This document shows positions 30,410 through 39,444 of a DNA stretch of 64,000 nucleotides, in pieces; position 1 is the first letter of the stretch; each line of letters starts with the position of its first letter. A program made the position numbers and the translations under genes. Below the pieces are notes generated by a model, which saw only the letters and a list, made by a program, of their open reading frames with translations, was not told where the DNA came from and did not search any database. This DNA comes from Candidatus Velthaea sp. (lineage in GTDB: Bacteria > Vulcanimicrobiota > Vulcanimicrobiia > Vulcanimicrobiales > Vulcanimicrobiaceae). The stretch lies in the NCBI GenBank assembly GCA_965214935.1, contig CBDCCS010000021.1:256001-320000 (forward strand), written 5' to 3'.

Positions 30410-31268
30410 CGGCTTGCGACGCTGCGTGCCGGTCGGCATCGTGTTAGTCGCGGTCGTTGCGCTTTGGTACGCAGGCGCACTCTTGCTCAACGCATCTGCC
30501 GCGGCGGCGTTAGCCGGCGGACACACGGATGCGGTATCGTTCGCCCGCGCGGCATGGTCGCTGGAGCGGCCGCTTCTGCCGGCGCCGCATCAAGTCGCTC
30601 GAAGCGTCATTGCCGGCGTGTTCGGTGCACCGCCGGATTCACCGCGCAGCTTAGTCTTCCACGCCGCAGTCACCGCGCAAACCGCCGTACTCGGGCTGGC
30701 GATTGCACTCGTCGCCGGCATCGCGCTTGCAACGGGCATCGTGCAATCACGGGTCTTAGATCGCTCGCTGATGCCGTGGATCATTGCGAGCCAAGCCGTC
30801 CCGGTTCTCGCGATCGCGCCGATGGTCGTTGTCGTTTTGGGCAATATCGGCTTAAGCGGCTTACTGCCGAAGGCGCTCATTGCGGGCTGGCTGAGTTTCT
30901 TTCCGATCGCGACGGCGATGGTGACCGGGCTGCGTTCGCCCGATCGAATGCAGCTCGATTTATTGCGCACCTATCATGCCGGCCGCCGCGATATCTTCGT
31001 AAAGCTGCGCTGGCCTGCGTCGATCGCATTTCTTTTTACCGGCATCAAGGTTGCCGTTACGCTCGCGCTCGTCGGAGCGATCGTGGCAGAACTACCGACC
31101 GGCGCAGAAGCCGGTCTTGGTGCGCGCCTGCTTGCGGGTTCCTATTACGGCCAAACATTGCAGATTTGGGCCGCGCTCATGATGGCCGCGATCCTGACGT
31201 TGTGCGCCGTAGCCGTTACCGATGCCATACAGAAACTACTCGTTGCACGCCGCGGCGGGCGGCTTTGA
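30402..31268 (+). CDS. NitT/TauT-family ABC permease
   Basis: LPAPHQV, SQAVPVLAIAP, VGAIVAELPTG, GSYYGQT. Confidence 0.9.
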   Translation: MTDGLRRCVPVGIVLVAVVALWYAGALLLNASAAAALAGGHTDAVSFARAAWSLERPLLPAPHQVARSVIAGVFGAPPDSPRSLVFHAAVTAQTAVLGLAIALVAGIALATGIVQSRVLDRSLMPWIIASQAVPVLAIAPMVVVVLGNIGLSGLLPKALIAGWLSFFPIATAMVTGLRSPDRMQLDLLRTYHAGRRDIFVKLRWPASIAFLFTGIKVAVTLALVGAIVAELPTGAEAGLGARLLAGSYYGQTLQIWAALMMAAILTLCAVAVTDAIQKLLVARRGGRL

Positions 31269-31287
31269 AGGCAGCCCTGCGCCGCCC

Positions 31288-32190
31288 ATGATCCCCGGCG
31301 CTCTCGTACTCTTGAGTTCAGTGTTTATCGGCGGCGCTGCTATCGTCGCACTTGCGCGGCGCACCGGCCCGGTGTCCTTCGTCGTCACGCCGCTGCTGTT
31401 CGGCGCGCTGCTGTTATGGTGCTGGCAAATAGCGTGCGTCGGCTTTCACATTCCCGCCGTTTTACTGCCTGCTCCCAGCGCAATTGCAATTGCGTTCGCA
31501 ACGCACGTTCCGCTATTATGGGCCGATTTCGTGCAGACGGTCGTTCGGGCGGTCGTTCCGGGTTACGTCATCGGCTGCGCATCGGGATATCTGGTGGCCG
31601 TCGCGCTGGACCGCTCGGCCTTTCTACGACGCGGTGTCTTACCCGTCGCCGGGCTTGTCGGCGCAATGCCGATCGTCGGCATCGCGCCGATCATGGTCAT
31701 GTGGTTCGGCTTCGACTGGCCCTCGAAGGCGGCGGTCGCCGCAGTAATGACGTTTTTCCCAATGCTGATCAACACCGTCGCCGGCCTGGGCGCAAGCGGC
31801 ATCATGGAGCGCGATTTGATGCGCTCGTACGGAGCCACGTATTTGCAGACATTGCTCAAGCTTCGGTTACCGGCAGCACTGCCGTTTGTCTTTAACGCGC
31901 TGAAGCTTAATTTCTCTCTCGCGCTGATCGGCGCGATCGTTGCCGAGTTTTTCGGTACACCGATTGTCGGCATGGGATTTCGTATTTCAACCGAAGCGGC
32001 GCGACTCGACCTCGACCTCGTCTGGGCGGAAATTGCACTCGCCGCCGTGACCGGCGCGGGATGTTTTGCCGCCATCGTTTTGCTCGAACGCGCGATTTTG
32101 TTTTGGCATCCGTCATTCATGCGCACTGCACTGGAAAACGTTCGTCGGAGAAGCACCCCAACGTTCGTAGGAGAAGCACCACAACAATGA
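31288..32190 (+). CDS. NitT/TauT-family ABC permease
   Basis: PIVGIAPIMVMWFGFDW, LIGAIVAEFFG, FWHPS. Confidence 0.9.
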   Translation: MIPGALVLLSSVFIGGAAIVALARRTGPVSFVVTPLLFGALLLWCWQIACVGFHIPAVLLPAPSAIAIAFATHVPLLWADFVQTVVRAVVPGYVIGCASGYLVAVALDRSAFLRRGVLPVAGLVGAMPIVGIAPIMVMWFGFDWPSKAAVAAVMTFFPMLINTVAGLGASGIMERDLMRSYGATYLQTLLKLRLPAALPFVFNALKLNFSLALIGAIVAEFFGTPIVGMGFRISTEAARLDLDLVWAEIALAAVTGAGCFAAIVLLERAILFWHPSFMRTALENVRRRSTPTFVGEAPQQ

Positions 32191-33185
32191 AGAAATTTTT
32201 GCTCGGAATTGCATGCGTCTTCGCTTCGACGTGGAGTTGCGCACAAGCCGCCGACCACGTGACGATTCAACTCAAGTGGGTCGCGCAGGCGCAATTCGCC
32301 GGATATTATGTCGCGCAAGCCAAGGGCTTCTATAAAGCGGCCAATCTCGACGTTACGATCAAGCCGGGCGGTCCCGATATCAACCCGTCTCAAGTCATGG
32401 CCGGCGGGGGCGCCGACGTCGACGTCGACTGGATGCCGTCTGCGCTGGCGGCGCGCGAAAAAGGCGTGCCGCTCGTCAACATCGCGCAAGTGTTTCAGAA
32501 ATCCGGCATGGAACTGACGTGCCGAAACGACAGCGGCGTCAAATCACCCGCCGACTTCAAAGGCAAAACCCTCGGGGTTTGGTTTTCCGGCAACGAGTAT
32601 CCATTTTTGGCCTGGATGAGCAAGCTTAACGATCCGACCACGGGCGGAGCGGACGGCGTGAACGTGCTCAAGCAGGGTTTCAACGTCGATCCGCTCTTGC
32701 AAAAACAAGCCGCCTGCATTTCGACGATGACCTACAACGAGTACTGGCAACTCATCGAAGCGGGGATGAAGCCCGAGCAACTAACGGTTTTCAAGTACGA
32801 AAACCAAGGCGTTGCTACGCTCGAAGACGGCCTGTATACAACGGAATCGGAATTGAAAGACCCGGCGTCCGCCGACAAACTGGCGCGCTTCGTCAAAGCA
32901 TCGATGCAAGGCTGGCAATATGCCATCGCCCATCAAGATGAAGCCGTAAAAATTGTTTTGGCCAACGATACCGCGGGCTCGCAAACAGCCGAACATCAAA
33001 CGCGCATGATGTCCGAAATCGCCAAACTCGTGGCAGGCAGCGGACACGGGATCGGCTACCTGGACGACGCCGCCGCCAATCGTACGGTGCAGGTGCTCAT
33101 GGCCGGCAAGAGCGAGCCGGTCATTACGAAGAAACCAGCCGGTGCCTGGACTCATGCTATTTGGGACAAGGCCGAACGCACGTAG
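32187..33185 (+). CDS. NMT1/THI5-type substrate-binding protein
   Basis: AGGAGA RBS; signal peptide; QLKWVAQAQFAGYYVA, STMTYNEY. Confidence 0.92.
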   Translation: MKKFLLGIACVFASTWSCAQAADHVTIQLKWVAQAQFAGYYVAQAKGFYKAANLDVTIKPGGPDINPSQVMAGGGADVDVDWMPSALAAREKGVPLVNIAQVFQKSGMELTCRNDSGVKSPADFKGKTLGVWFSGNEYPFLAWMSKLNDPTTGGADGVNVLKQGFNVDPLLQKQAACISTMTYNEYWQLIEAGMKPEQLTVFKYENQGVATLEDGLYTTESELKDPASADKLARFVKASMQGWQYAIAHQDEAVKIVLANDTAGSQTAEHQTRMMSEIAKLVAGSGHGIGYLDDAAANRTVQVLMAGKSEPVITKKPAGAWTHAIWDKAERT

Positions 33186-33250
33186 TTTCAATCGAGGGTT
33201 GTGCCGTCGCGCGGCGGGCGCCGGGGCAGCGCTGACATGCAAGTGCACCC

Positions 33251-33661
33251 GTGACCGAGCGGCACCTCGGCGTCTGGAGTTTGCAGCGCTCGATTGTCGA
33301 TCTGCAAACCGGCGCGACGTTCGCTTGCCGCGGTCAAGCTTGTTTGATTCGCGATGCCGGCGAGCTGCGCTACGACGAAGCCGTGATCCTCACGCTCAAC
33401 GGAGCTGAAGTAAAAGCAACGCAGACCTACCGCTATCGCCGAAGCGGTGCACGGATCACCGCGCGCTTTGCCGACGGCCGAATGTTTTTTGTTACGACGC
33501 TGGCGCCGGATGGATCGGCAACAGCGCTGCACTATTGCGCGCAGGACGTCTACGTTGGAACGTTCGCATTAAGCGACGATCGCTGGGCCGCTCATTGGGC
33601 AGTCAGCGGGACGAAGTCGCTGCACATTCATACCGCTTACACGCGCGGCGAAATCACATAG
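33251..33661 (+). CDS. DUF6314-like protein
   Basis: GVWSLQRSI, LRYDE, FADGRMF, HYCAQDVY, WAVSG pattern. Confidence 0.7.
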   Translation: MTERHLGVWSLQRSIVDLQTGATFACRGQACLIRDAGELRYDEAVILTLNGAEVKATQTYRYRRSGARITARFADGRMFFVTTLAPDGSATALHYCAQDVYVGTFALSDDRWAAHWAVSGTKSLHIHTAYTRGEIT

Positions 33662-33664
33662 CGG

Positions 33665-34558
33665 TCACACCTCGACCATCGCGCCGTACGTTTCAGGACG
33701 CCGGTCACGATAAAATTGCCACGTGTTGCGGACCTCGGTGATAATCGAGCGATCCATCTCACCGATCACCACTTCGTCGCGATCGCGGGTCGCGGTTGCA
33801 ACGAATTGTCCGCGCGGATCGACTAAATACGATTGCCCGTAAAATTCGCCCATATTCCACGGACCCTCGAAGCCGACCCGATTGATCGCGCCGACATAGT
33901 AGCCGTTCGCCACGGCGTGTGCGGGTTGTTCGAGCTTCCACAAGTATTCCGATAGCCCGGCGACGGTCGCACTCGGGTTAAAGACGATTTCGGCGCCCGC
34001 GAGACCGAGCATCCGCGCGCCTTCGGGAAAATGCCGATCGTAACAAATGTATACGCCGACCTTGGCAAACCGGGTTGCAAAAACAGGATAACCACTGTTG
34101 CCCGGTTTGAAATAATACTTCTCCCAGAAACCGCAGCCTTGCGGCCCGGCGGCGACTTGGGGGATGTGATGCTTGCGATAGCGGCCGAGAAACGTGCCGT
34201 CGGCATCGATCACCGCGGCGGTGTTATAGTACACCCCAGCGATGGTCACCTCGTAGATCGGCACGATCAATACGACGGCGAGTTCACGCGCTAGATCTTG
34301 CATCGAGCGCGTCGTCGGACCGTCGGGTATTTGCTCGGTTGCCGCATACCATTTCGGATTCTGTTCGGTGCAAAAATACGGCCCGTAGAACAACTCTTGG
34401 AGGCAGATAATTTGCGCACCGCGCGAAGCGGCTTCGCGGATGAGACCCACGTGTTTTTCTATCGCGCGCGCTTTATGCACCTCGACGGGCTGCGAACCGT
34501 CGGTCTCGTGATGCGTCTGAACCAGGCCGATACGCACCACATCGCTCGCAGCACTCAT
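33665..34558 (-). CDS. nitrilase-family beta-ureidopropionase
   Basis: CLQELF, YRKHHIP, FWEKYYF, ICYDRHFPE (E-K-C triad); follows hydA. Confidence 0.9.
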   Translation of the reverse strand: MSAASDVVRIGLVQTHHETDGSQPVEVHKARAIEKHVGLIREAASRGAQIICLQELFYGPYFCTEQNPKWYAATEQIPDGPTTRSMQDLARELAVVLIVPIYEVTIAGVYYNTAAVIDADGTFLGRYRKHHIPQVAAGPQGCGFWEKYYFKPGNSGYPVFATRFAKVGVYICYDRHFPEGARMLGLAGAEIVFNPSATVAGLSEYLWKLEQPAHAVANGYYVGAINRVGFEGPWNMGEFYGQSYLVDPRGQFVATATRDRDEVVIGEMDRSIITEVRNTWQFYRDRRPETYGAMVEV

Positions 34559-35958
34559 AGGGCCACCGGAAAAAACGGCTGTGATTTGACGAACGCGCCG
34601 GCACCGATCTCGCCGCTAAATTTCGCTTCTTGTACGATCGCGCGTCCGCGCGAGAATACGTGGCGAGCTTGTCCCTTCACGTGTAGTCCTTCAAAGATGT
34701 TGTTATCGACATTCATGTGATGGCTTGCGGCCGAGATCGTGCGTTCGATTGCCGGATCCCAAATGACGATATCGGCGTCCGAGCCGATCGCTATCGTTCC
34801 TTTGCGCGGAAACAGACCGAACAACTTCGCGGCATTGGTCGACACGAGTGATACAAAATGATTGATTCCGATAACGCCGGCATTGAATCCGTAATGCCAG
34901 AGAATCGAGAACCGGTCTTCGATCGTCGGCGCACCGTTCGGAATTTTTGAAAAGTCGTTCTTGCCCAGCTCTTTTTGTCCGCAATTATTGAACGAGCAAT
35001 GATCCGAACCGAACGTCTGCAGCTCGAAGTTTTTGAGTTTGCGCAAGAGCACGTCTTGATTCCATTTCGGGCGTAACGGCGGCGACATCACGTAATTTGC
35101 ACCGGCGAAATCCGGCCGCGCGTAATCTTCTTCCGAACAGACGAGATATTGCGGGCATGTCTCGCCGTAGATCGGCAGACCGCGTTTGCGGCCGTCACTG
35201 ATCGCATCGGCGGCCATCGCACTCGACACGTGTACGACGTACAGCGGCGCGCCGGCAACTTCGGCCAGCCGGATCGCGCGGTGCGTCGCTTCGCCTTCGA
35301 GTTCGACGGGCCGGGTCAGAGCGTGCCAAAGCGGCTCGGTGTGCCCCTCCGCAAGCGCGTCTTTGGTGGTCACCTCGATGACGTCGCCGTTCTCGGCGTG
35401 AACTTGCACGAGACCGCCGAACTTCTTGGCGGCCTTGAGCACCTTGAAAATCGTTTCATCATCGACTTGCAGGATGTGTTTGTAGGCCATAAAGACCTTG
35501 AAAGAATTCACGCCCTCTTGCCCGATCATCGTCTCGATTTCGGCGATCGTCTCGTCGCGGCCGTCGGCGATCGTCAGATGAAAGGCATAGTCGATGGCCG
35601 CTTTTCCGGCAGCTTTCTTCTTCCAGATCGCGAGTGTATTGGCGAGCGAGTCGCCCTTGGTATGCATCGCGAAATCGACGATCGCAGTGGTGCCGCCCAA
35701 GGCCGCGGCGACCGTGCCGGTTGCAAAATCGTCGGCGGTTACCGTGCCGCCGAACGGCATGTCGAGATGCGTGTGCGGATCGATTCCACCGGGGAAAACA
35801 TAGCATCCGACGGCATCGACCGTCGTATGCTGCGTCGCATCGAGCGCATTGCCGAGCGCGGTGATCTTGCCGTCTTCCATCAAGACGTCCGCGTGCATAA
35901 CGTCGGTCGCGGTAACGATGGTACCGCCGCGAATCATAGTTCCGATAAGCGCCCCCAA
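34555..35958 (-). CDS. hydA: dihydropyrimidinase
   Basis: PGGIDPHTH, SFKVFMAYK, VHAENG, ETCPQYL, GSDHC; start may be ATG 35937. Confidence 0.95.
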   Translation of the reverse strand: MGALIGTMIRGGTIVTATDVMHADVLMEDGKITALGNALDATQHTTVDAVGCYVFPGGIDPHTHLDMPFGGTVTADDFATGTVAAALGGTTAIVDFAMHTKGDSLANTLAIWKKKAAGKAAIDYAFHLTIADGRDETIAEIETMIGQEGVNSFKVFMAYKHILQVDDETIFKVLKAAKKFGGLVQVHAENGDVIEVTTKDALAEGHTEPLWHALTRPVELEGEATHRAIRLAEVAGAPLYVVHVSSAMAADAISDGRKRGLPIYGETCPQYLVCSEEDYARPDFAGANYVMSPPLRPKWNQDVLLRKLKNFELQTFGSDHCSFNNCGQKELGKNDFSKIPNGAPTIEDRFSILWHYGFNAGVIGINHFVSLVSTNAAKLFGLFPRKGTIAIGSDADIVIWDPAIERTISAASHHMNVDNNIFEGLHVKGQARHVFSRGRAIVQEAKFSGEIGAGAFVKSQPFFPVAL

Positions 35959-35990
35959 AAAGTGTCGCGCCGATTCCGGCGCCCTGACCG

Positions 35991-36317
35991 CTAGGCGGGT
36001 CGAACGGAGGTTTGCAGCAACGTCCCGCTAGCGCTCACGACTTCGGCACGCAGCCGGTTTGCATACAGTTCGGCAATCTCGAGATTTGTCGTCGCGACGA
36101 TCCCGCTGCCGAAGAAATCAACTTCTTTGGCTTTAAGTTCCGCGTCACGCGCACCGCAGCCGACGATGCGCATCAATCCGAAAATCACGTCATCGAAGGT
36201 ATGACAGCTGCAATTATGCACGACCGTATGGTAAAGCGGCATCGGCTCCGGCCGGATCTTCATTGCCTCGAGCGTGCGTGTTTTTATCGACACGCGTTTT
36301 TCTTTTCTCAGTTCCAT
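35991..36317 (-). CDS. ClpS-like adaptor with atypical pocket residues
   Basis: [22 protein letters not shown]...[12 protein letters not shown]...[10 protein letters not shown]...LQTSVRP matches the ClpS fold pattern. Confidence 0.75.
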   Translation of the reverse strand: MELRKEKRVSIKTRTLEAMKIRPEPMPLYHTVVHNCSCHTFDDVIFGLMRIVGCGARDAELKAKEVDFFGSGIVATTNLEIAELYANRLRAEVVSASGTLLQTSVRPA

Positions 36318-36789
36318 GAATGAGACCTGGAATCGCGCGTCTCAAATGCGAGCAGCGCCGCGCGCATCGAGCCCGGCGGAGCGCCCTTGATCTTGCCGTC
36401 GGCGCCGACGACCCGATGGGCCGGAATGAACAACGCAAACGGCGCGCTTGCCATCGCTCGGGCGACGCCGCGGTGAGCCATCGGACGATCGACGGCGCGG
36501 GCGACCTCAGCGTACGAAACACGCACACCGAACGGATCGTCACCACAGCGCTCCAGACCGCAAGCTCGAACGGCGACCCGGCCAACGACAACGGGAGATC
36601 GAAGACCGCAAGCTGCTTGCGCATGTACGCGTTAAGTTGGCGTAGCGTTTCTCGCATGAGTGCCGAGCGCGCTTCGGCACAGCCGTCACCGGCGACGGTG
36701 CAATCGACCCACGAACTTGCGGTGATCCGATCGGCTGCAAATTCGACGGCCAACGATTTGCCGAACGGCGTCGGCGCGACGACGCGCAT
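36308..36789 (-). CDS. MGMT-family alkyltransferase-like (ATL) protein, frameshifted near 36534
   Basis: [19 protein letters not shown] in one frame; [17 protein letters not shown] in the next. One added base restores TIPFG. Active site is PAHRV, with no Cys. Confidence 0.8.
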
Positions 36790-36796
36790 GGCGGCG

Positions 36797-38056
36797 TCAG
36801 AGTGCCGCCGGCGTCAGACTTCGGTCGCGCCACGTCGTGGCATGACTGCCGTCGTCGACGCGTACCATTGTAATGCAATCTTCGACCGGGCAAACCATCT
36901 GACAGAGATTGCAACCGACGCAGTGTTCGCCGTCGACGACCAGCGTCGTCGAGCCGGCCGGATCGCGCAGCCGGTCGATGCATTGGTGCGCCGCATCCTC
37001 ACACGCGATGAAACATTTATTACAACTGATGCATAGCGCCGGATCGATACTCGCAACGACACGATAGTCGAGATTCAAGTCGTTCCAGCTGCCGAATTGC
37101 GGCACGCTCTTGCCGACGAGTTCACGCACCGAGTGCATGTTGCGCTCGTCCAAATAGTTCGATAGCCCGTCGATGAGATCTTCGACGATACCGAAGCCGT
37201 GATGCATCACCGACGTGCAAACCTGCACGGTACTCGAACCCATGAGCATGAATTCGGCTGCGTCTTGCCAGGACGCGATTCCGCCGATACCGCTGATCGG
37301 GACGTTGACGTTGGGGTCGCCCGCGCAGTCGGCGACCATGTTGAGCGCGATCGGCTTGACGGCCGGACCGCAGTAGCCGCCGTGCGCTCCGCGTCCATCA
37401 ACGTGCGGAATCGTATTCCACGATTGCAAATCGACACCGATCAGACTATTGATCGTATTGATCATGCTTACGGCATGCGCGCCGCCCCGTACGGCCGCAC
37501 GAGCCGCAACGCGCACGTCCGTGATATTGGGCGTTAATTTAACGATCACCGGAACGCGCGCTACTTCGACGACCCAGCGCGTGCACAGCTCGATGAGCTC
37601 GGGGTCTTGACCGACAGCCGAACCCATGCCGCGTTCGGACATGCCGTGCGGGCAGCCGAAATTCAACTCGAAGCCGTCGATGGGCACCGCTTGAACGGCA
37701 TGCACGAGTTCGTGCCAGCGCTCGCGCTTCATCTCCATCATCAGCGAGGCGACGATCGCGCGGTCGGGATACGCCGCTTTGCATTCGGCGATTTCGCGCA
37801 GATTGTCGGCGAGCGGACGATCGGTGATGAGCTCGATGTTGTTCATGCCCATCATGCGCGCGTTGCCGTAGCCGATCCCGGCAAAGCGCGACGTAACATT
37901 GACGATCGGATCGCCTAGAGTTTTCCAAACGGCTCCGCCCCAGCCGGCCTTGAACGCGCGCATAACTTGATAACCGCTATTGGTCGGCGGCGCCGAGGCA
38001 AGCCAAAACGGATTCGGCGAACGAATTCCGGCCAGATCGCTTGATAAATCAGCCAT
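36797..38056 (-). CDS. preA: NAD-dependent dihydropyrimidine dehydrogenase subunit PreA
   Basis: NPFWLASAPPT, ELNFGCPHGMSERGMG, two C-terminal 4Fe-4S motifs. Confidence 0.96.
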   Translation of the reverse strand: MADLSSDLAGIRSPNPFWLASAPPTNSGYQVMRAFKAGWGGAVWKTLGDPIVNVTSRFAGIGYGNARMMGMNNIELITDRPLADNLREIAECKAAYPDRAIVASLMMEMKRERWHELVHAVQAVPIDGFELNFGCPHGMSERGMGSAVGQDPELIELCTRWVVEVARVPVIVKLTPNITDVRVAARAAVRGGAHAVSMINTINSLIGVDLQSWNTIPHVDGRGAHGGYCGPAVKPIALNMVADCAGDPNVNVPISGIGGIASWQDAAEFMLMGSSTVQVCTSVMHHGFGIVEDLIDGLSNYLDERNMHSVRELVGKSVPQFGSWNDLNLDYRVVASIDPALCISCNKCFIACEDAAHQCIDRLRDPAGSTTLVVDGEHCVGCNLCQMVCPVEDCITMVRVDDGSHATTWRDRSLTPAAL

Positions 38057-39357
38057 TACGCGGCGACTCCGCGAAAGGCGCGATCGACGTTTGCCGCGAC
38101 GAGCTTTCCCTGTTGCGCCGCGACGACGACCATCGCGTCGGTCATGCCGCTGCGAAAGATGCAATCACCTGCCGCGTAGACGCGCGGATTCGACGTTAGG
38201 AAATGCTCGTTGACGACCGGGATGCCGCGCTCGTCGCGTACGCCGAAATCGGCGAACATCGCACTCAATTTGGATTGGCCGATCGCACGCACCACCGTAT
38301 CGACTTCGACGGTTTCTTGCGTGCCCGGTACGATAACCGGGGTGCCGTCGATCACCATGCTTTGCGCAAAGGTAATCGAGGTGACCGTGCCGTCGAGACC
38401 GTCGATCCGCGTCGGTATGCGGTGAAAACGGAATGCGACGCCTTCGCTGCGCGCAAACGCAATTTCAAATGGATAGGCCGTCATTTCGGACGCCGCGCGG
38501 CGGTACCAAATCGTTACGAATTCGGCGCCGAGACGGCGCGCCGACGTTGCGGCATCGATCGCCGTGTTTCCGGCGCCGATGACGGCAACACGCTGTCCGA
38601 GTGCAATCGGACGGCCGAATTTCGCCCGCTCGATCAAGTGTAGTGCGTCCTCGACGCCCGCCAGCTCTTCACCCGGAACGTTCAGTGCCGGAACGCTGCC
38701 CATGCCGACGGCCAGCACGACGGCATCGAACGTATCGAGCACGTGTTGCGGCGAAATATCCGAACCGACCGTTACGCCGCTGCGCAACTCGACGCCGAGC
38801 CGCACGATCTGCGCGGCTTCCCAGCGCGCAACTTGGACCGGCAGCCGAAACGGTACGATTCCATATGTATTGAGGCCGCCGGCTTCGGGCCGGCGATCGA
38901 ACAACGTGACGGCATGGCCGGCACGAGCGAGTTCGCGCGCGGCCGACAGCCCGGCCGGACCGGCTCCGATGATGGCGACGCGCTTGCCGCTCGGCGGTCC
39001 GGCGGTGAACAGCTCGCGGTCGTTTGCCATCAGCCAATCGATCGCGTAGCGCTGCAGATCGCCGATCCGGATCGGCGTCGCGTCGGCGGCATACACGCAC
39101 GCGCCTTCACACAGTTCTTCGGTCGGACAAACCCGCGCACAACTGGCGCCTAGCGGGTTCGCATGTAAAATCGTCCGCGCACTGCCGACCATATTATCGG
39201 TCGTGATTTTCTTAATGAAAGCCGGAATGTCGATTCCGGTCGGACATGCAGCGATGCATGGTGCGTCGTAACACGCTAAACATCGGTTCGCCTCGATCAG
39301 CGCTTCCATCCGTGAGAGCGGCGCGGTTACGGGCGCACCAAGTGACGACTCTTCCAA
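38056..39357 (-). CDS. preT: dihydropyrimidine dehydrogenase subunit PreT (GltD-like)
   Basis: EANRCLACYDAPC..CPT, GAGPAG, GAGNTAID, AAGD; TTG start after GAGGTG inferred. Confidence 0.92.
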   Translation of the reverse strand: MEESSLGAPVTAPLSRMEALIEANRCLACYDAPCIAACPTGIDIPAFIKKITTDNMVGSARTILHANPLGASCARVCPTEELCEGACVYAADATPIRIGDLQRYAIDWLMANDRELFTAGPPSGKRVAIIGAGPAGLSAARELARAGHAVTLFDRRPEAGGLNTYGIVPFRLPVQVARWEAAQIVRLGVELRSGVTVGSDISPQHVLDTFDAVVLAVGMGSVPALNVPGEELAGVEDALHLIERAKFGRPIALGQRVAVIGAGNTAIDAATSARRLGAEFVTIWYRRAASEMTAYPFEIAFARSEGVAFRFHRIPTRIDGLDGTVTSITFAQSMVIDGTPVIVPGTQETVEVDTVVRAIGQSKLSAMFADFGVRDERGIPVVNEHFLTSNPRVYAAGDCIFRSGMTDAMVVVAAQQGKLVAANVDRAFRGVAA

Positions 39358-39444
39358 GCTCACCTCAACAAAAGAAGTACCGAGAATAGCGCGAACGGGA
39401 CGATCGGCGCAAGAGCACATACAACGTGCCGAGAACTCGGCTGG

